Source of the DNA: Craspedostauros australis
Lineage: Eukaryota
Direction: 5' to 3'
Length of the DNA: 64,000 nt
Assembly (NCBI GenBank): GCA_030167865.1
Contig: JALAGF010001187.1
Span: forward strand, 1 to 64,000
This document shows positions 11,117 to 23,264 of this stretch, piece after piece. The notes beneath the pieces were generated by a model. The model did not search any database. It had not been told where the DNA came from and saw only the letters and a program-made list of their open reading frames with translations. The translations under genes and the position numbers were made by a program. Position 1 is the stretch's first letter. Every line of letters starts with the position of its first letter.

Positions 11117-12307
11117 TCAGATCAACGCAGGGTTCGATGTCTTGCTGTTGCCCCCGCTGCTCAATTTGACCCGTTTCGCGGTGGCTGTCGTTGTGACTTG
11201 CTCCGCAACGCCCCAGACACCTCCCAACATCCATCGGTTCTTGACGAAGAGATCATTGGCCATAGTCCCCGACTGCCGTATGCGCATGCCCGCGAACGGG
11301 TTCACGCTGAAGAACGTGTCTGTAGGCTTCATATCCATGCCAGCAGCATCGTCGCTGTCATCCCCATCGCCAACATCCATTCCCAGTACATCTGCCAAAC
11401 CCGGCGGCAAGGACGCGATGAACTGATTTTCCAACAGGTACTGCGTATCCGCAATGCCTTCCAGTTCGGTGTTGGTCGTGATGAGGAACGGCATGCCATT
11501 CGGGATGGATTCGACGGTGCCCTGCCATTCGTAATCGGGGCACGTGAAGCCTGGGTTGAAGAACACCACGACATCGGGCTTGGAGTTCAGCGTCTGCTGA
11601 ATCTCGTTGAAATCGTAGCTCTTATTGTACGTGAGCATGTGGAGCTCGCTCTCGGCGTTGATGGCCGTGCGCTTGTCGAACCCGTGGGGACACTCCAGAC
11701 CGCAAAACACAATCTGAATCCCCGTCAGCGAATGCATTTCCACCAACTCCAAACAGGCATCGGCGTACGCTTTGCAAACCGAGTCTCGCACGGCCCGGTC
11801 GGGATGCTCCGCCCACAGCTCTGCTTCGGATGCGCCAATGACATGAACCGTGAGGACAGAACGCTTGCTTCCGTACAAAGCATCCTGGAAGCAAGGTCCT
11901 TCCTGCACGATGTTGGCCAACGTGGCAGGGTAAGACTGCAGCTCGCTGTTGATGCGATCCAGCGAGGCCGAGATCGCCTGCTTCGTCATGCTGCCTGTGT
12001 CGCGCTCCAGCACAGCCTCGTCGTCGTTGCACAGCTGCAGGAGGGAGCAGATGATGGTGGCATGGCCCAACGCCTGGTCGTCCTGATCCTCGGTGGGCGG
12101 TTGCGAGTCCTGCAGCTTGCACTCGTCGGAGCAGTACAGCACGCGGCGGCACTTGTCGCAGTCGACATCCGGCTTGGGCTTGCCGCACGCGCAGCAGGCA
12201 TCGATGCCAGGGAACAGCTGGTAATCCGGCTCCTGCTCCATGAGCTGGATCATCCGAGTTTGCTGCTCCGGCAGATCATCCAGGTGCAGCGATTTCAAGA
12301 AGTCCAT
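11117..12307 (-). CDS. MYND zinc-finger protein with MSS51-like C-terminal domain
   Basis: MYND pattern CCACGK...CDKCRRVLYCSDEC...HATIIC. C-terminal motifs LTVHVIGASEAE, PDVVVFFNPGF and NPFAG. Start inferred at MDFLKSL. Confidence 0.75.
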   Translation of the reverse strand: MDFLKSLHLDDLPEQQTRMIQLMEQEPDYQLFPGIDACCACGKPKPDVDCDKCRRVLYCSDECKLQDSQPPTEDQDDQALGHATIICSLLQLCNDDEAVLERDTGSMTKQAISASLDRINSELQSYPATLANIVQEGPCFQDALYGSKRSVLTVHVIGASEAELWAEHPDRAVRDSVCKAYADACLELVEMHSLTGIQIVFCGLECPHGFDKRTAINAESELHMLTYNKSYDFNEIQQTLNSKPDVVVFFNPGFTCPDYEWQGTVESIPNGMPFLITTNTELEGIADTQYLLENQFIASLPPGLADVLGMDVGDGDDSDDAAGMDMKPTDTFFSVNPFAGMRIRQSGTMANDLFVKNRWMLGGVWGVAEQVTTTATAKRVKLSSGGNSKTSNPALI

Positions 12308-13126
12308 GTTTGGCGGCGTTTGCGTCTGAGTCTGTGTCTCAATCTGAGCCTGAGTCTGCACGAGTGCAATCGGAGTATAGTCGCTCACGCTTGTTGAATA
12401 GAGTGCCACTCGATCGAGTGCATAGTCGTAGTCGCAGACCGTGGCCTGCGCGTACTTGTGGCAACACAAATGATGGCGAAAGGGTTCCACAAGAACACAC
12501 GACCACCAATTTCGTGGTTGTCGGTATAGAGACTAATTGAGTACACTCCAACCACAGATTTGAATCGTGTATCGGTTGATGGACAGTCGGAGATGGCGCC
12601 AAAAATTTGTTCGGCGTGTTTCTTCTTCCTTCTTTTCGTGTCGAGCGTGCATCATTGCCAACACCCACGTGAGGCGAAACATCGATGCGCACGTGGGACA
12701 AGCACGGAACAACGGAGGAGGCGACGGCAGCGAAGCCCTGGACGCAGCAGTAGTACGAGCTACGAGTGCGCAATTGCTTAGAGTCGAGGAGATTACATTG
12801 TAGAATACCATACAATATGATAGTAGTATGTATAGTAGAGTGTAAGGTGTTGGTACATGTTCAAGCGAACTTGGTGGTAATTCCTTGATGTGATATTCGC
12901 ACGATTGGCGCGAGTGTGGCATGGCCCTGCGTCGCCAGTGTCGGCATTCATCTGTTTGCCGGACGCTTCTGCCGAATCTGTCTTCTTTCGGAACATTATC
13001 GCACTTTTGTTGACCTGACCTGCCTTGCCTTCAATTGGTTTGCTGTGTGCCGTGCTGCGTTATTCTTTGTTGCGTATACTACATCGCATGCCTGTGTGCT
13101 TGTATAGACGCAATCATCTGTCTTTT

Positions 13127-16100
13127 TCAAATGAATGCCGCGGCGATGGTTGTTGTGAGTATGCAGGACAATACTTGTGCGACAATCGTGGCACTTGAGA
13201 CTTGCTTCGTCTGCGCAGCTGACCACCAGCCTGGCACTGGGCTTTCATCTTCGTCGCTTGCGCTTCCCGTTCCATCTTCTTCGGTACTGCCGCCATCGTT
13301 GTCTGTGAGCTTGCCCACAAGCGTGAAGGATTTGGTGATGCGAGCCACGTCCTTGAATGGATCCGTCATCAGCAGCTTGCCATCGGAGATGGGACCTTCA
13401 AATACCTCAACTGGACCGCCCTGTCCGAATTCGCAGCATGCTGCAAGTCGCCGCATGTAATACATACGCACAAATACATCATTCGGTCGGCGGGATGTGT
13501 GATGTGTACCATACGGTTCGAGTAAAACGATCACGGGAAGGTGGTGCAAATCGAATCGAAATCCGGATCAGAAAACAAGTAAAACGTTGGATTCGGGTCA
13601 TATTGTGCCGATGCCGCGATGCTCAAGGCTGCGGCCCTCATCATCATCATCACCATACTTATCATCGCAACCATCGCCATCGAGGATTCAAGGACACCAC
13701 AATCACAACCACAACCACAACTACGACAGCAACCGCAGTCGCAACAACGAAATTCCTTACCTCCATCGCCAGCTTCGTCAATCAGGACGAGGGTGAAGGT
13801 TCTCGATCCTGCAAAGGGTGGTATTCGGACCTTCTGCACGATCGTCTTGCTGCTGTAATCCGACGTGAACGGTCTCGCCGGACCATAGTCCACCAACTTG
13901 TAAGGCGTCGCGGCGGGACTCAGTGTGCTGATATCTATCCCATCCTCCAGATCCTGATCTAGATTGGTGACTGGATCGTGTGCCACGAGCAACCATCCGA
14001 ATTCATTCGGGAATCGATCGAGCTTCAGACGAATGCTCAGGTTGGTGGCGTCGTCATCGTTCAATTTGGCGGAGAGGTCTCCCGCGAGGAATTTGAACGA
14101 GAACTGTTGGAATTCGTTACCGTTCAGCAGGACCTTGTCCTCGTCGTTGCCATGAACCACCTTGATCAGCCCGTCAATCCCATCCTTGCCGGTGTCGGTG
14201 AAGCGGATCTGGTATAACCCGCCTTCCTCGACATTCATCTTCACTGTCATCGCAGTGTTGGGTGTTTGCAGGGCGCCCGGTGGGGCGGATGCGACCAGCG
14301 CATTTGCTTGCAGTGTGTCCATGCGGTAGACGTGGAAGCCAAACTCGGTTGGTTTGGCATCGGTGGTGAACTCGACTGAGACTGGGTACGCAATGTTGGG
14401 GTCTTGGATTCCAAACACCTGCACAAGGCCGGATTGGAACGAGCCCTTCTCCAGGATGATCGTCTCCAGCTCCTCGCCACCATCCGTGTACGACACCTTG
14501 ACATAGCTCCCCACTTTGGCCAATCCATCGCCGTGCACGTCGCTGATGCTGAAGCGATACACTCCGACCGGCAACGTCACCACTTCCTCGATGGTCTCAT
14601 CTTCGTTGCTGGAGTAGGAGCCTGGCGGCTTGTCGATGAATGTGTTGCCATCAAAGTCTTCGATGAAGAATCCAGTCTCGTCCGAGTATTCATCAAGCGT
14701 AATGGTAATCTTGATTTCTCTGTTTACCACAGGCGTTTGCGTTGGACTCGCCACGGGCATGTCGCTTGGCGGGGCAGCCTCGGGATCGCCGTCGATGTCG
14801 AACGTAACAGCCTCGCGCTTTTTCTGCTCGAACTTGCTCTTCGCAATGAGATTCGAATCAGTGGCCACTCCATCATACAGAGCGTAGCCAGTCTCCTGAT
14901 CGCCCGCGAAGTTGCAGCACATCCCATCACCGTAACTATCCGTGGCGATGAGGGTGTATCGTTGCGTTGATCCGACGGGCGGGCCGTCGATGTAAATGCG
15001 TTCCTCCACAAGTTGTCCCTGCGTCCCAGAGTAATACCTCGATGGTCGGAAGAACACGATCTCGCTCTTGGTGCCCGATGCCCTCGCTACTTCCGTCGCA
15101 CCATCGTCCTCGGAGACATCGACTCGGAGCTGCAACGCCAATTCTTCCGGGTACAAATCCATTCGAAGTTCCAACGAGAGGAAGCGATCTGTCGGTTGCG
15201 GCGCGTTCGTCGCTTGCTGATCACTGAGGCTAGCGATGAAGGTGTGCTCGAGCGATGTGCCGAAACTTCCGCTCGACGAGAGAATCAATGCGGTTTCGTC
15301 AGTCGTATCGCTGGTCCCGAGGAACAGTTTGACTGTTGGTGGTGGAGAGGTTATTGGTGAAGTGATGGTGTTGGCGTCGCTGTTGTGAGTATTGAGATGC
15401 AATTCAAAATGCAAACTGATGGCGTAGAATGACGCCAGCAATATATGGGTGCAGCATGGTGTTCGAACGGAACCTGAAGCGGTCCACCATGTTGTAAAAG
15501 GCGAATGGCAAGCAACAAACGAGCACATAGCAAAATCATCCACTGCAGTGCACCCCGATCCAATCCAATCAAGTTCAATCCAATCCAATATGCTCCAGAG
15601 GCTGCTGCTGCTGCTGCAGTGTGTGCGTGCGTGTTTTTGCCTCTGACTTACCGAAGCCATCGATGATGCCGTCCTCGACAATGTCAAAGATTCGGAAGTA
15701 ATACAGCTCCCCTTCCTCCAGGACCATGGTCTTGACGATTGTTTCGCGACGGTTGGAATAGATTCCCGCCGGGACCCGGCTGACATCTTCCACCTCCAAA
15801 CCGAGCTTCTCCAATCTCCATCCTGTCTCCGTCGGGTAGTCGTCCAACTTGATTTGGACGGTCAGCAGGATTTCGCCTTCCCCTGCCACAACGACGTCAT
15901 CATTCTGTTGCTGTGGCATGGTGAAGGTGTGCGTGCGGATGTTGCCGAAGTCATTGCCGCCTTCCACCAGAACCTCCCCTTTGCCATCGGTGCCCAAGGA
16001 GAGTTTGTAAGTGCCAGGAGAATCGCAGCACAGGCCATCACCGAAGGAATCCGTCACGATGAAGTCGTAGTCTTGTCCAGCTGCGAGGAACACAGTCTTC

Positions 16101-17802
16101 GTGATCGTCGCCTTTTGGGTTGGGTACGATCCTGCAGCCACATCGATCACAGTTTCGCCCGATTGCGATCGTTGGATGGACCAACCTGTCTCCCTGGGAT
16201 AGTCGTCCAGCTTGATCTCCACAGTGACAGCCAACGAATTCTCATCTGTTGGTCCGTCAGGCGTATCAATGGTGCCGCAATCCACGTTCGGTGGTGGGTT
16301 GCTGGACAGCACGCAGATGTAGGAGTTGATAAAGTCTCGCTGATTGCTCACGCGAGCGTACACCCCGGGGAAGGCTGGGATGGCGCATCCATACCCCCTG
16401 CGTCATTCGTTATCGTCATTGTGTGCACGGGAAGTCGCAATTTGACGTGGAGAAATTGTTAGAGCAGACCACATCGGCATCGGCTTTGGCACCGTCACCA
16501 TTAAGATCAGCAACACCAAGATCGGTAACTTCAATGGCTGCACTCTTCGTCAAATACCAGATCCCGCTCATGAACACAGTAGTTGCCAGTGTGTTTATGA
16601 TCATCGCAAGCATTCGTCCACAGCCATGGCACACAATGGCACGCGCACATGCGTGCACGTAATCATACGACTGTATTCGATTGCGGTGGACGAGCCCAGA
16701 GTGCTGCTCTGTGTAGCAGGACACTCGACGTACCATGAGACGACACCGACTTGAACGTCGTCGGCGAAATTATCCCCCACAATGATGAGGGGTCCACCGC
16801 TATCGCCCTGGCAGCTGTCCTGCCCCGCGTCTCTTGCACAGAGCATGTCCTCCGTGATCAATCCCTGGTAACTATCCTGACGGTACTTCGACTGCTCGCA
16901 GACCTGGTTGCTAATGTGATCCACGTCGGCTTCCTGCAGAATGTCGGCGATGGACAAGTCGTTGCCGTACTCCGTCAAACCAAATCCGATGATGCGGACG
17001 CCCTCGTTGATACCTGGGACTGGAAGTTGCGGGTCGGCGTTGAGCCTGATGTAGGGCCTGGTAGATTGCTGGGTGAGCTTGAGCATCATGAAGTCGAGGG
17101 GGAAACTGTCGGGATCGTACTGCGGGTGCGGTATTTCGGGAAATTCCACGGAGATTTCCTCATAATCCTCCGTGGGATCGGTGCGGTCATAACGACCGAT
17201 CTGTGCATAGGTGATGTATCCTTGGCAATGTGCTGCCGTGAGCACCACATCCGGCGCGACGAGCGATCCTCCGCAGACATGTGCTTTGTTGTTGTTCACC
17301 AAGGATACGTAGTATGGGTACCGGTTCCTGACTGAATTGGAGCCACCAATGATGCGCGGTGCTGGATAGAACGAAGAAGAAGCCGACGACGCCGATGAAG
17401 ATATGTCGGGATGCTGGAGGAGCGGGCACAACACGAGTGCAGAAAGAGAGAGAGAGGGTTGTTGTCGACGTGAGGACGAAGAGAGTTCCATGGTGGGTGA
17501 ATGTAAGGGGCAAAGGCCATTTGCGTTGCGTTGCACTGCATAGCACGATATGGTACGGCAGACCAGAGCAGTGCTGTACGATGGCGAGGAGGTAGCAACA
17601 ACCGGCTGGCACTCACCTTCTTGTGAATGCCGGGTCTCAGATCGGGAATGGCTGTGTCCGACGATGTGAAGATGTTCCCTTTTTCTGCATTAACAGTTGC
17701 TGCGGCCGCGGTTGTGGTTGTGGCTGCATCTGTGGTCGCATCTGCGAAAGACGTGGCTTGCAGCACGCACAGCACAATCAAAGTATGCGCGATCTGCCTC
17801 AT
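13127..17802 (-). CDS. Secreted trypsin-like serine protease (S1) with six repeated C-terminal domains and a hydrophobic GPI-signal-like tail (~1165 aa, 5 exons)
   Basis: Exons 17802-17617, 17413-16734, 16397-15652, 15332-13761 and 13440-13127; all GT-AG with consistent phases, total 3498 nt. Signal peptide MRQIAHTLIVLCVLQATSFADA; activation site R|IIGG; triad LTAAHC, DFMMLKL, GDSGGP; S1 Asp in QDSCQG. Alternative start at 17877. Confidence 0.9.
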
Positions 17803-18990
17803 GTGCCTCCACTTTCGTCTATTCTTTATGGTTGGTGTCGTCGTTTCGCAAGAGACTCCACTGTTTCCCATCCGCATTGCGTGGGTGGAGCAGGGGTTCG
17901 ATGGTCGCGCTTGAGGAGCGGCTGACATGCTGCTTGTCTTCATGCAACCCGGAGTACTCTGGAGACAGAGAGAGAGTATGCAAGTATGGTGGGCTCACGA
18001 GGCGGGCGTACGAATACGTGAGCACGAATGGAAGTGCACAGTCACCCTCACTTGACTGCTGAATTCCTTCTCCGTCTCTTCTTTCGTCTCAAGAGAGTCA
18101 GCGAGATCACCCCCTGCCTGCTTCGATCTCTATCCCTTTCCTCTTTCCTCTATCGCTGCCTCTCTCTGTCTGTTGGTTAGGTGGTCAGTGATGATCTCCG
18201 CTCCGCTCCAAAGATTCAATCACCTCCACAGTCGCTCGCCACTCGCCAATACTCTTTGCACTTCTGATTGTTGGGTGGAGAGCCAAACAGGAAGAGGCAA
18301 ACGACTTTGTATTGGTGATGCGTTTCTCACTTCACTCCTCTCTTGTTCCACTTGCTACCCTTGCTGCACTTCCTCGGCCTATTGATTAGTGTTGGTTGAT
18401 GTTCGTCTCATGTGACGAAAAAGAGAGGAGAAACATGAACGATGGTGTAACGTGCACGATGTGAGCGTGCGTGCCGACAGAGATGCGCGACCATACACAT
18501 TCCAGATCCAACGCACACATTTCAACGTAATATAACTGTGATATAACCTCAATATAACTGTATTGGATAGAAACAGCTTCTCATGTTCGCGAACGCTTCG
18601 ACACACTCGACCATTCGAGGTTTGTCCGGCCGTCCCAAACGCTGTTTGGACCACCATTTCGAGTCATGGATGATGCACACCAAAGTCAAAACCGAACTTC
18701 CCCAATCCACGAAAATCCACGGAAGTCATCACTGAATGCCAACAGAGGCAAGGGAGATGCCTGCACCCACACACAAAACACAGAGAGAGGACGTCAACAC
18801 TTTGTCGGCCCCACCAGCAACATCCGAAGCATTCATTCGCTTTCATCTCATCAACCATTGCTGCTCCAATCTGCATACGTATTCCTGTGCGCAGAGTAGA
18901 GCAACAGCAGCGCCATCCAACACCCTGTACAGGCTTTCCACTAACATTCGAGGCAGAATCCAATCCCAATCCCATTCCCTCGCTCCCATC

Positions 18991-21342
18991 ATGACGGAGA
19001 CTGCAGTTATTAGGAACTGCCGCATCGTCTGGTCCACCCAATCAGGACGGGCCAAGGCATGCGCACGACGTGCATCGCGAATCATTCGCGAACGAACGGG
19101 TGCGGAGATTGCCACTTCGGGAACATCCTTCGATCAGTGCCAGCCTTCCTTCCTGGACGTGGTCGCGACGGACATGCCCGACGACTGCCTGCTCGTCCTC
19201 TTCGTCAGCACGACGGGAGACGGGGAGCACTGTGATTCCATCCGACACACCTGGAAGATGCTGCTGCAGAAGTCCTTGCCACGGACGATGCTGCGGGACA
19301 AGCAGTTCGCGATCTACTGCTTGGGCGACCGTGCCTACGGTCCTCAGTTTTGCGCGGCCGGGCGGAAGCTGGCGGTGAGGTTGCTGCAGCTCGGGATGAC
19401 CAATCGCTGCGAGGTGGGATACGGTGATGACAACACGCCAAATGGCGGTGTCTTCATGGATCTGGACTATTGGTTGGATAATCATCTCATCAAGGCCTTG
19501 CCATCAATACCCGCCGGTTCGTCTGTCACGGCGACATCTGACAATTGGGCTGCCTTTCCCACTCAGGATGTGCCGTACGAGGTGCAACTTGCGCAAGACA
19601 CGGCGGAATACAAATCGCAAGGCAGCGATGCCATCATAGAGCACCCTGCCTTTGCAAAGTCCTTCCAAGCTTATTTCATCGAGATGTGTCCTGCAACAGC
19701 GTACTCATATGCCTACACGTCTGCAGGTGCAAGCTCAGACACGCCGGGAATGCTCACAAACGCCAGTGCGGGTGCAGTCAAGACAACACGACGCATCGCC
19801 AATGACAACACCGATCGCAACAGCACGGAACTACCCTTGTGCGGCACGGTTCTATCAAACACCCGACTGACGGCACCGACTTGGGATCAGGAGACTCGGC
19901 ACATTCATATCAACTTGCGTGCGGCGGAAGCAGCCAGCAGCGGTGCCAACACCAATGGCGACGGAGATGTGACGCTGCCGACATACGAGTTGCCGTATCA
20001 AGCCGGTGATATTGCTACAGTGCTGCCAACGAATTCGGATGAAGAAGTGCAACGCTTCTTGGATGTTTTACCATCCGCATTGCGAGCTGTTGCAGACCGA
20101 CAAATTGTGATCACAACGAAAGACCAATCGGAGAATCAGTCCAACAACACGGTCTGGCCTCAATCTTGCACTCTGCGAAGCTGGTTGAAGTACTGCGCCG
20201 ACATACACTCACGGCCAGAACGGGAGGATCTGCGATCGCTGGGCCCTTTCTGCTCCTCGCAGCATCCGATGGGCGACGGCCAACGCGAGAAGCTTATCTC
20301 GCTGAGCGAAACGTCAGAATCGGCCCTCTTCGCGGATTACATCCTACGTGAGAAACGCAGCTGGGTGGATGTCTTGTTCGACTTTAATTCGCTACGACAT
20401 GAACACTCCAACCTCACCCTTGGAGCGTTGATGCACCTGCTACCTCCCATGCGACCGCGAGATTTCAGCATCGCCAGTTCACCGTCGTGGAGCAAATTGA
20501 AGAGTGGCGACCATCCTAACGCAAGAGCAACGGCAGCGGGCACCTCAGATGGCTTCGACATTGAGTTGTGCGTCGCTGTGGTGAAAGGAAAGACACCGCT
20601 GGGCCGATCGTACCATGGGCTGTGCTCCGAGTATCTATCGCGACAAAACGCACCAGGCGACGAAACACCCACCGCAGGCAACATTTATGAAAGCGACGTG
20701 CAAGCAAGTGCCCACAGGCCATCTCCCTTGCGTGTGTGGATCCGGCCAGGATCGTTTCAACGATTGCCAACGAAGCTCGTACCTCACGCTGCTGATGATC
20801 CACATCGGGAGCCGCGACGGCGCTTTGAAGTGCCGGTCTTGTATGTTGGTGCTGGCACAGGCGTGGCCCCGCTGCGCTCCCTCATCCTGGAACGGCAGGC
20901 CATCCGCCAACATGGTGTTTCGGAAGCAGGCGCACCGCCAGCAACGCCTCGGGATGTTCCAACGAGCGAAACGCAACCAACAGACATCCTCCTCTTCGGA
21001 TGCAGGAGGAAGACTGCCGATTACTACTACGAGTCGGAATGGCAGTCTTTGTGCGAATCCAATCAACTCCGCTTGATGACGGCCTTCAGCCGCGACCAAG
21101 TTCAGAAGCTCTACGTGCAGAGGGTCTTGCGAGAAACCGATGGTGGGCATTTCATCCTCCAGCACCTCGTGCAGAACAAGGGAGCCGTGTACATCGCTGG
21201 CGGTCCCAAGATGGCACGCGCTGTCAAGGACGAGATCGTCGAGGCCCTGAAGATTGCATCCTCCGGTGACGAACGAAAGGCCAACCTCTTCCTGGCCAAG
21301 CTCGCTAAGGTGGGGAAGTTTGCCATCGAAGCTTGGAGTTGA
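18991..21342 (+). CDS. NDOR1: NADPH-dependent diflavin oxidoreductase 1 (Tah18/ATR3; cytosolic Fe-S assembly electron donor)
   Basis: Flavodoxin motifs STQSGRA, FVSTTGDG and CLGDRAY. FAD motifs PRDFSIASS and GLCSEYL. NADPH motifs GAGTGVAPLRS, LFGCR, AFSRDQ..KLYVQ and YIAGG. C-terminus EAWS. No N-terminal membrane anchor, unlike CPR. Confidence 0.88.
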   Translation: MTETAVIRNCRIVWSTQSGRAKACARRASRIIRERTGAEIATSGTSFDQCQPSFLDVVATDMPDDCLLVLFVSTTGDGEHCDSIRHTWKMLLQKSLPRTMLRDKQFAIYCLGDRAYGPQFCAAGRKLAVRLLQLGMTNRCEVGYGDDNTPNGGVFMDLDYWLDNHLIKALPSIPAGSSVTATSDNWAAFPTQDVPYEVQLAQDTAEYKSQGSDAIIEHPAFAKSFQAYFIEMCPATAYSYAYTSAGASSDTPGMLTNASAGAVKTTRRIANDNTDRNSTELPLCGTVLSNTRLTAPTWDQETRHIHINLRAAEAASSGANTNGDGDVTLPTYELPYQAGDIATVLPTNSDEEVQRFLDVLPSALRAVADRQIVITTKDQSENQSNNTVWPQSCTLRSWLKYCADIHSRPEREDLRSLGPFCSSQHPMGDGQREKLISLSETSESALFADYILREKRSWVDVLFDFNSLRHEHSNLTLGALMHLLPPMRPRDFSIASSPSWSKLKSGDHPNARATAAGTSDGFDIELCVAVVKGKTPLGRSYHGLCSEYLSRQNAPGDETPTAGNIYESDVQASAHRPSPLRVWIRPGSFQRLPTKLVPHAADDPHREPRRRFEVPVLYVGAGTGVAPLRSLILERQAIRQHGVSEAGAPPATPRDVPTSETQPTDILLFGCRRKTADYYYESEWQSLCESNQLRLMTAFSRDQVQKLYVQRVLRETDGGHFILQHLVQNKGAVYIAGGPKMARAVKDEIVEALKIASSGDERKANLFLAKLAKVGKFAIEAWS

Positions 21343-22022
21343 GTCGAATTATACAATATATGAATAAAATAGTTCAGTTCCATTCGATTCACGTATACAA
21401 TTCAGTCCTGGGACCTTGTCGACTCCGAGCGGTTCGACAAACAGTTTCACGAACACATGTTTGTATTGTCCTAGTTACCGAACCGAACGGAAACCACGAC
21501 TAGATAGTGTGTTCCACTAGGGAACATGTCGTATCAAATATCGAGTCGTGTTCTCGAGTTTCTGAGACGTGGACTTTGGGAAGTCGCCAACGAAACCAGC
21601 AAAAGCTGCGAATTGAGACGTGATTTGGTCATTTCTGCGGTTTGGATCGCAAGTTTGGTCACAAAGAGGCATCCACAGTTCCATCCCTCTCTTTCTTTCT
21701 CTCTCTTGATCTCCATCATCATCGTTGCCCTCGTTGTCATCGTTGTCATCATAAAACAGACGAGCGTTGCTCCTTCTCGCACACCCGCAAGAACAAATAC
21801 AAAGACGAAGACGAAGACGATAACGGTACAAGCGCATGGAACGGTGCTTGCTGCTTCGTCAGTGTTGTTCGAGTGGGCACCGGAGAGTGGAGGAGAGCAC
21901 ATCAACTGGGGCGCTTCTTACCGCAGTGTGTGCACGAGCACGAGTGTCATTAACACTATCCACATCAACACCACCCATACACTAGCAGCGTTGAGAGCAT
22001 CAGCAGCCACAAAGACAACGCC

Positions 22023-23264
22023 ATGGCAAAAGTGGAAGAAGCTGAGACGCGGAAACCGCTTCAAACACGGCCCAAGCTGAAGTGGTTGGTTGAAGATGGT
22101 GCGCTGACGTCGAATTGGAGTCTGGTGCAAGAGCGCATCGAATCGAACCCAGAGGAGGTGAAGCACGTTGATGCTCTGACCGGCAGGACGGTCTTGCACC
22201 AGCTGTGCTCGGTATCCTACGCGCCAACGAAACTGTTGGAGCTGGTGGCGTCGCTCTTCCCTGAGGCCACGAGGGTGCAGGAGAATACGTACAAGGCGAC
22301 GCCGCTGCACATTCGGTGCTACACCAGCCAGCGTTCCGTCAAGAAGGTGGAGACGATCCTCAAGTACATGACGGAGGACGACGTGCTGCTCAAGAATCTG
22401 TTTGGGGGCACTGTCTTGCATAGCGCCTGCAACAGCAACGCTGACATCAACGTCCTCAAGATGCTGATTGCAAAGAACCCACGGATTCTGCTGCAGAAGA
22501 CGCACGAGTACAGCCACACGGCGATGACGGCGCTGTGGCAGTCGTATCTGCAGAGCATTCCGGGGATCATGGCCATCGCGAACATTCTGAACGGCAGGGA
22601 AGTGCACACGAATCTGTTCGATCGGTTCTGGGAGAAGGTGGAGCTTCTGGCTTGTGAGAGTTACAAGCTGAGCCCTGCTTATCCGGGCGATGTGACCAAT
22701 GCCAGCCCCAGCATCTGTAACACTAACACGGCCGACGCCGACGCTGACGCTGAAGCAACTAACGATACGACGGCCGGGGACGGCGAAGAAGTGGCGTTGG
22801 ACACGAGATACCTGCTGCATGGGATGCTTTTCCTTCGAGTTGATATGAAACTCGCAAAGGTGGCACTGAGGCTGAATCCGTCCTGGGCCAGGCACGCAGA
22901 CAAGAACGGTGATTACGTTATCCACAAGATCATCAAGACTCTCCCATTCCCAAACAAAAACTCCGAGATGATCCGCGACGTTCTGAAATGCTACCCCGAA
23001 GCAGCGGGCAAGGCAAACCTCGACGGTGATTTGCCCCTCTTCTTGGCCATACGGGACAAGCTGTCATGGTGGAATGGCGTGGAGGAAATCGTGAAGGCGT
23101 ACCCGGATGCGCTGGCCATGCAGGATAGAGTGACGGGGCTCTTCCCTTCCCTGCTCGCAGCGGCGAACGGTGGCAAGGTGGCCATCGACACAACCTACGA
23201 GCTGCTCTGTGCCAAGCCGGACTTGATCAAGGATGCGCACGACTTTACGCAGAACATGAGGTGA
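22023..23264 (+). CDS. Ankyrin-repeat-like protein (diatom-type expanded family)
   Basis: Repeats GRTVLHQL, ATPLHI, GGTVLHSAC, GDYVIHKI, GDLPLFLAI and TGLFPSLLAA, with recurring (F/Y)P(E/D)A turns. Confidence 0.8.
   Translation: MAKVEEAETRKPLQTRPKLKWLVEDGALTSNWSLVQERIESNPEEVKHVDALTGRTVLHQLCSVSYAPTKLLELVASLFPEATRVQENTYKATPLHIRCYTSQRSVKKVETILKYMTEDDVLLKNLFGGTVLHSACNSNADINVLKMLIAKNPRILLQKTHEYSHTAMTALWQSYLQSIPGIMAIANILNGREVHTNLFDRFWEKVELLACESYKLSPAYPGDVTNASPSICNTNTADADADAEATNDTTAGDGEEVALDTRYLLHGMLFLRVDMKLAKVALRLNPSWARHADKNGDYVIHKIIKTLPFPNKNSEMIRDVLKCYPEAAGKANLDGDLPLFLAIRDKLSWWNGVEEIVKAYPDALAMQDRVTGLFPSLLAAANGGKVAIDTTYELLCAKPDLIKDAHDFTQNMR

Noticed and set aside
11003..12397. 464-aa plus-strand ORF
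   Set aside because: Antisense shadow of the MYND/MSS51-like gene caused by GC3-rich codon usage; no domain features.
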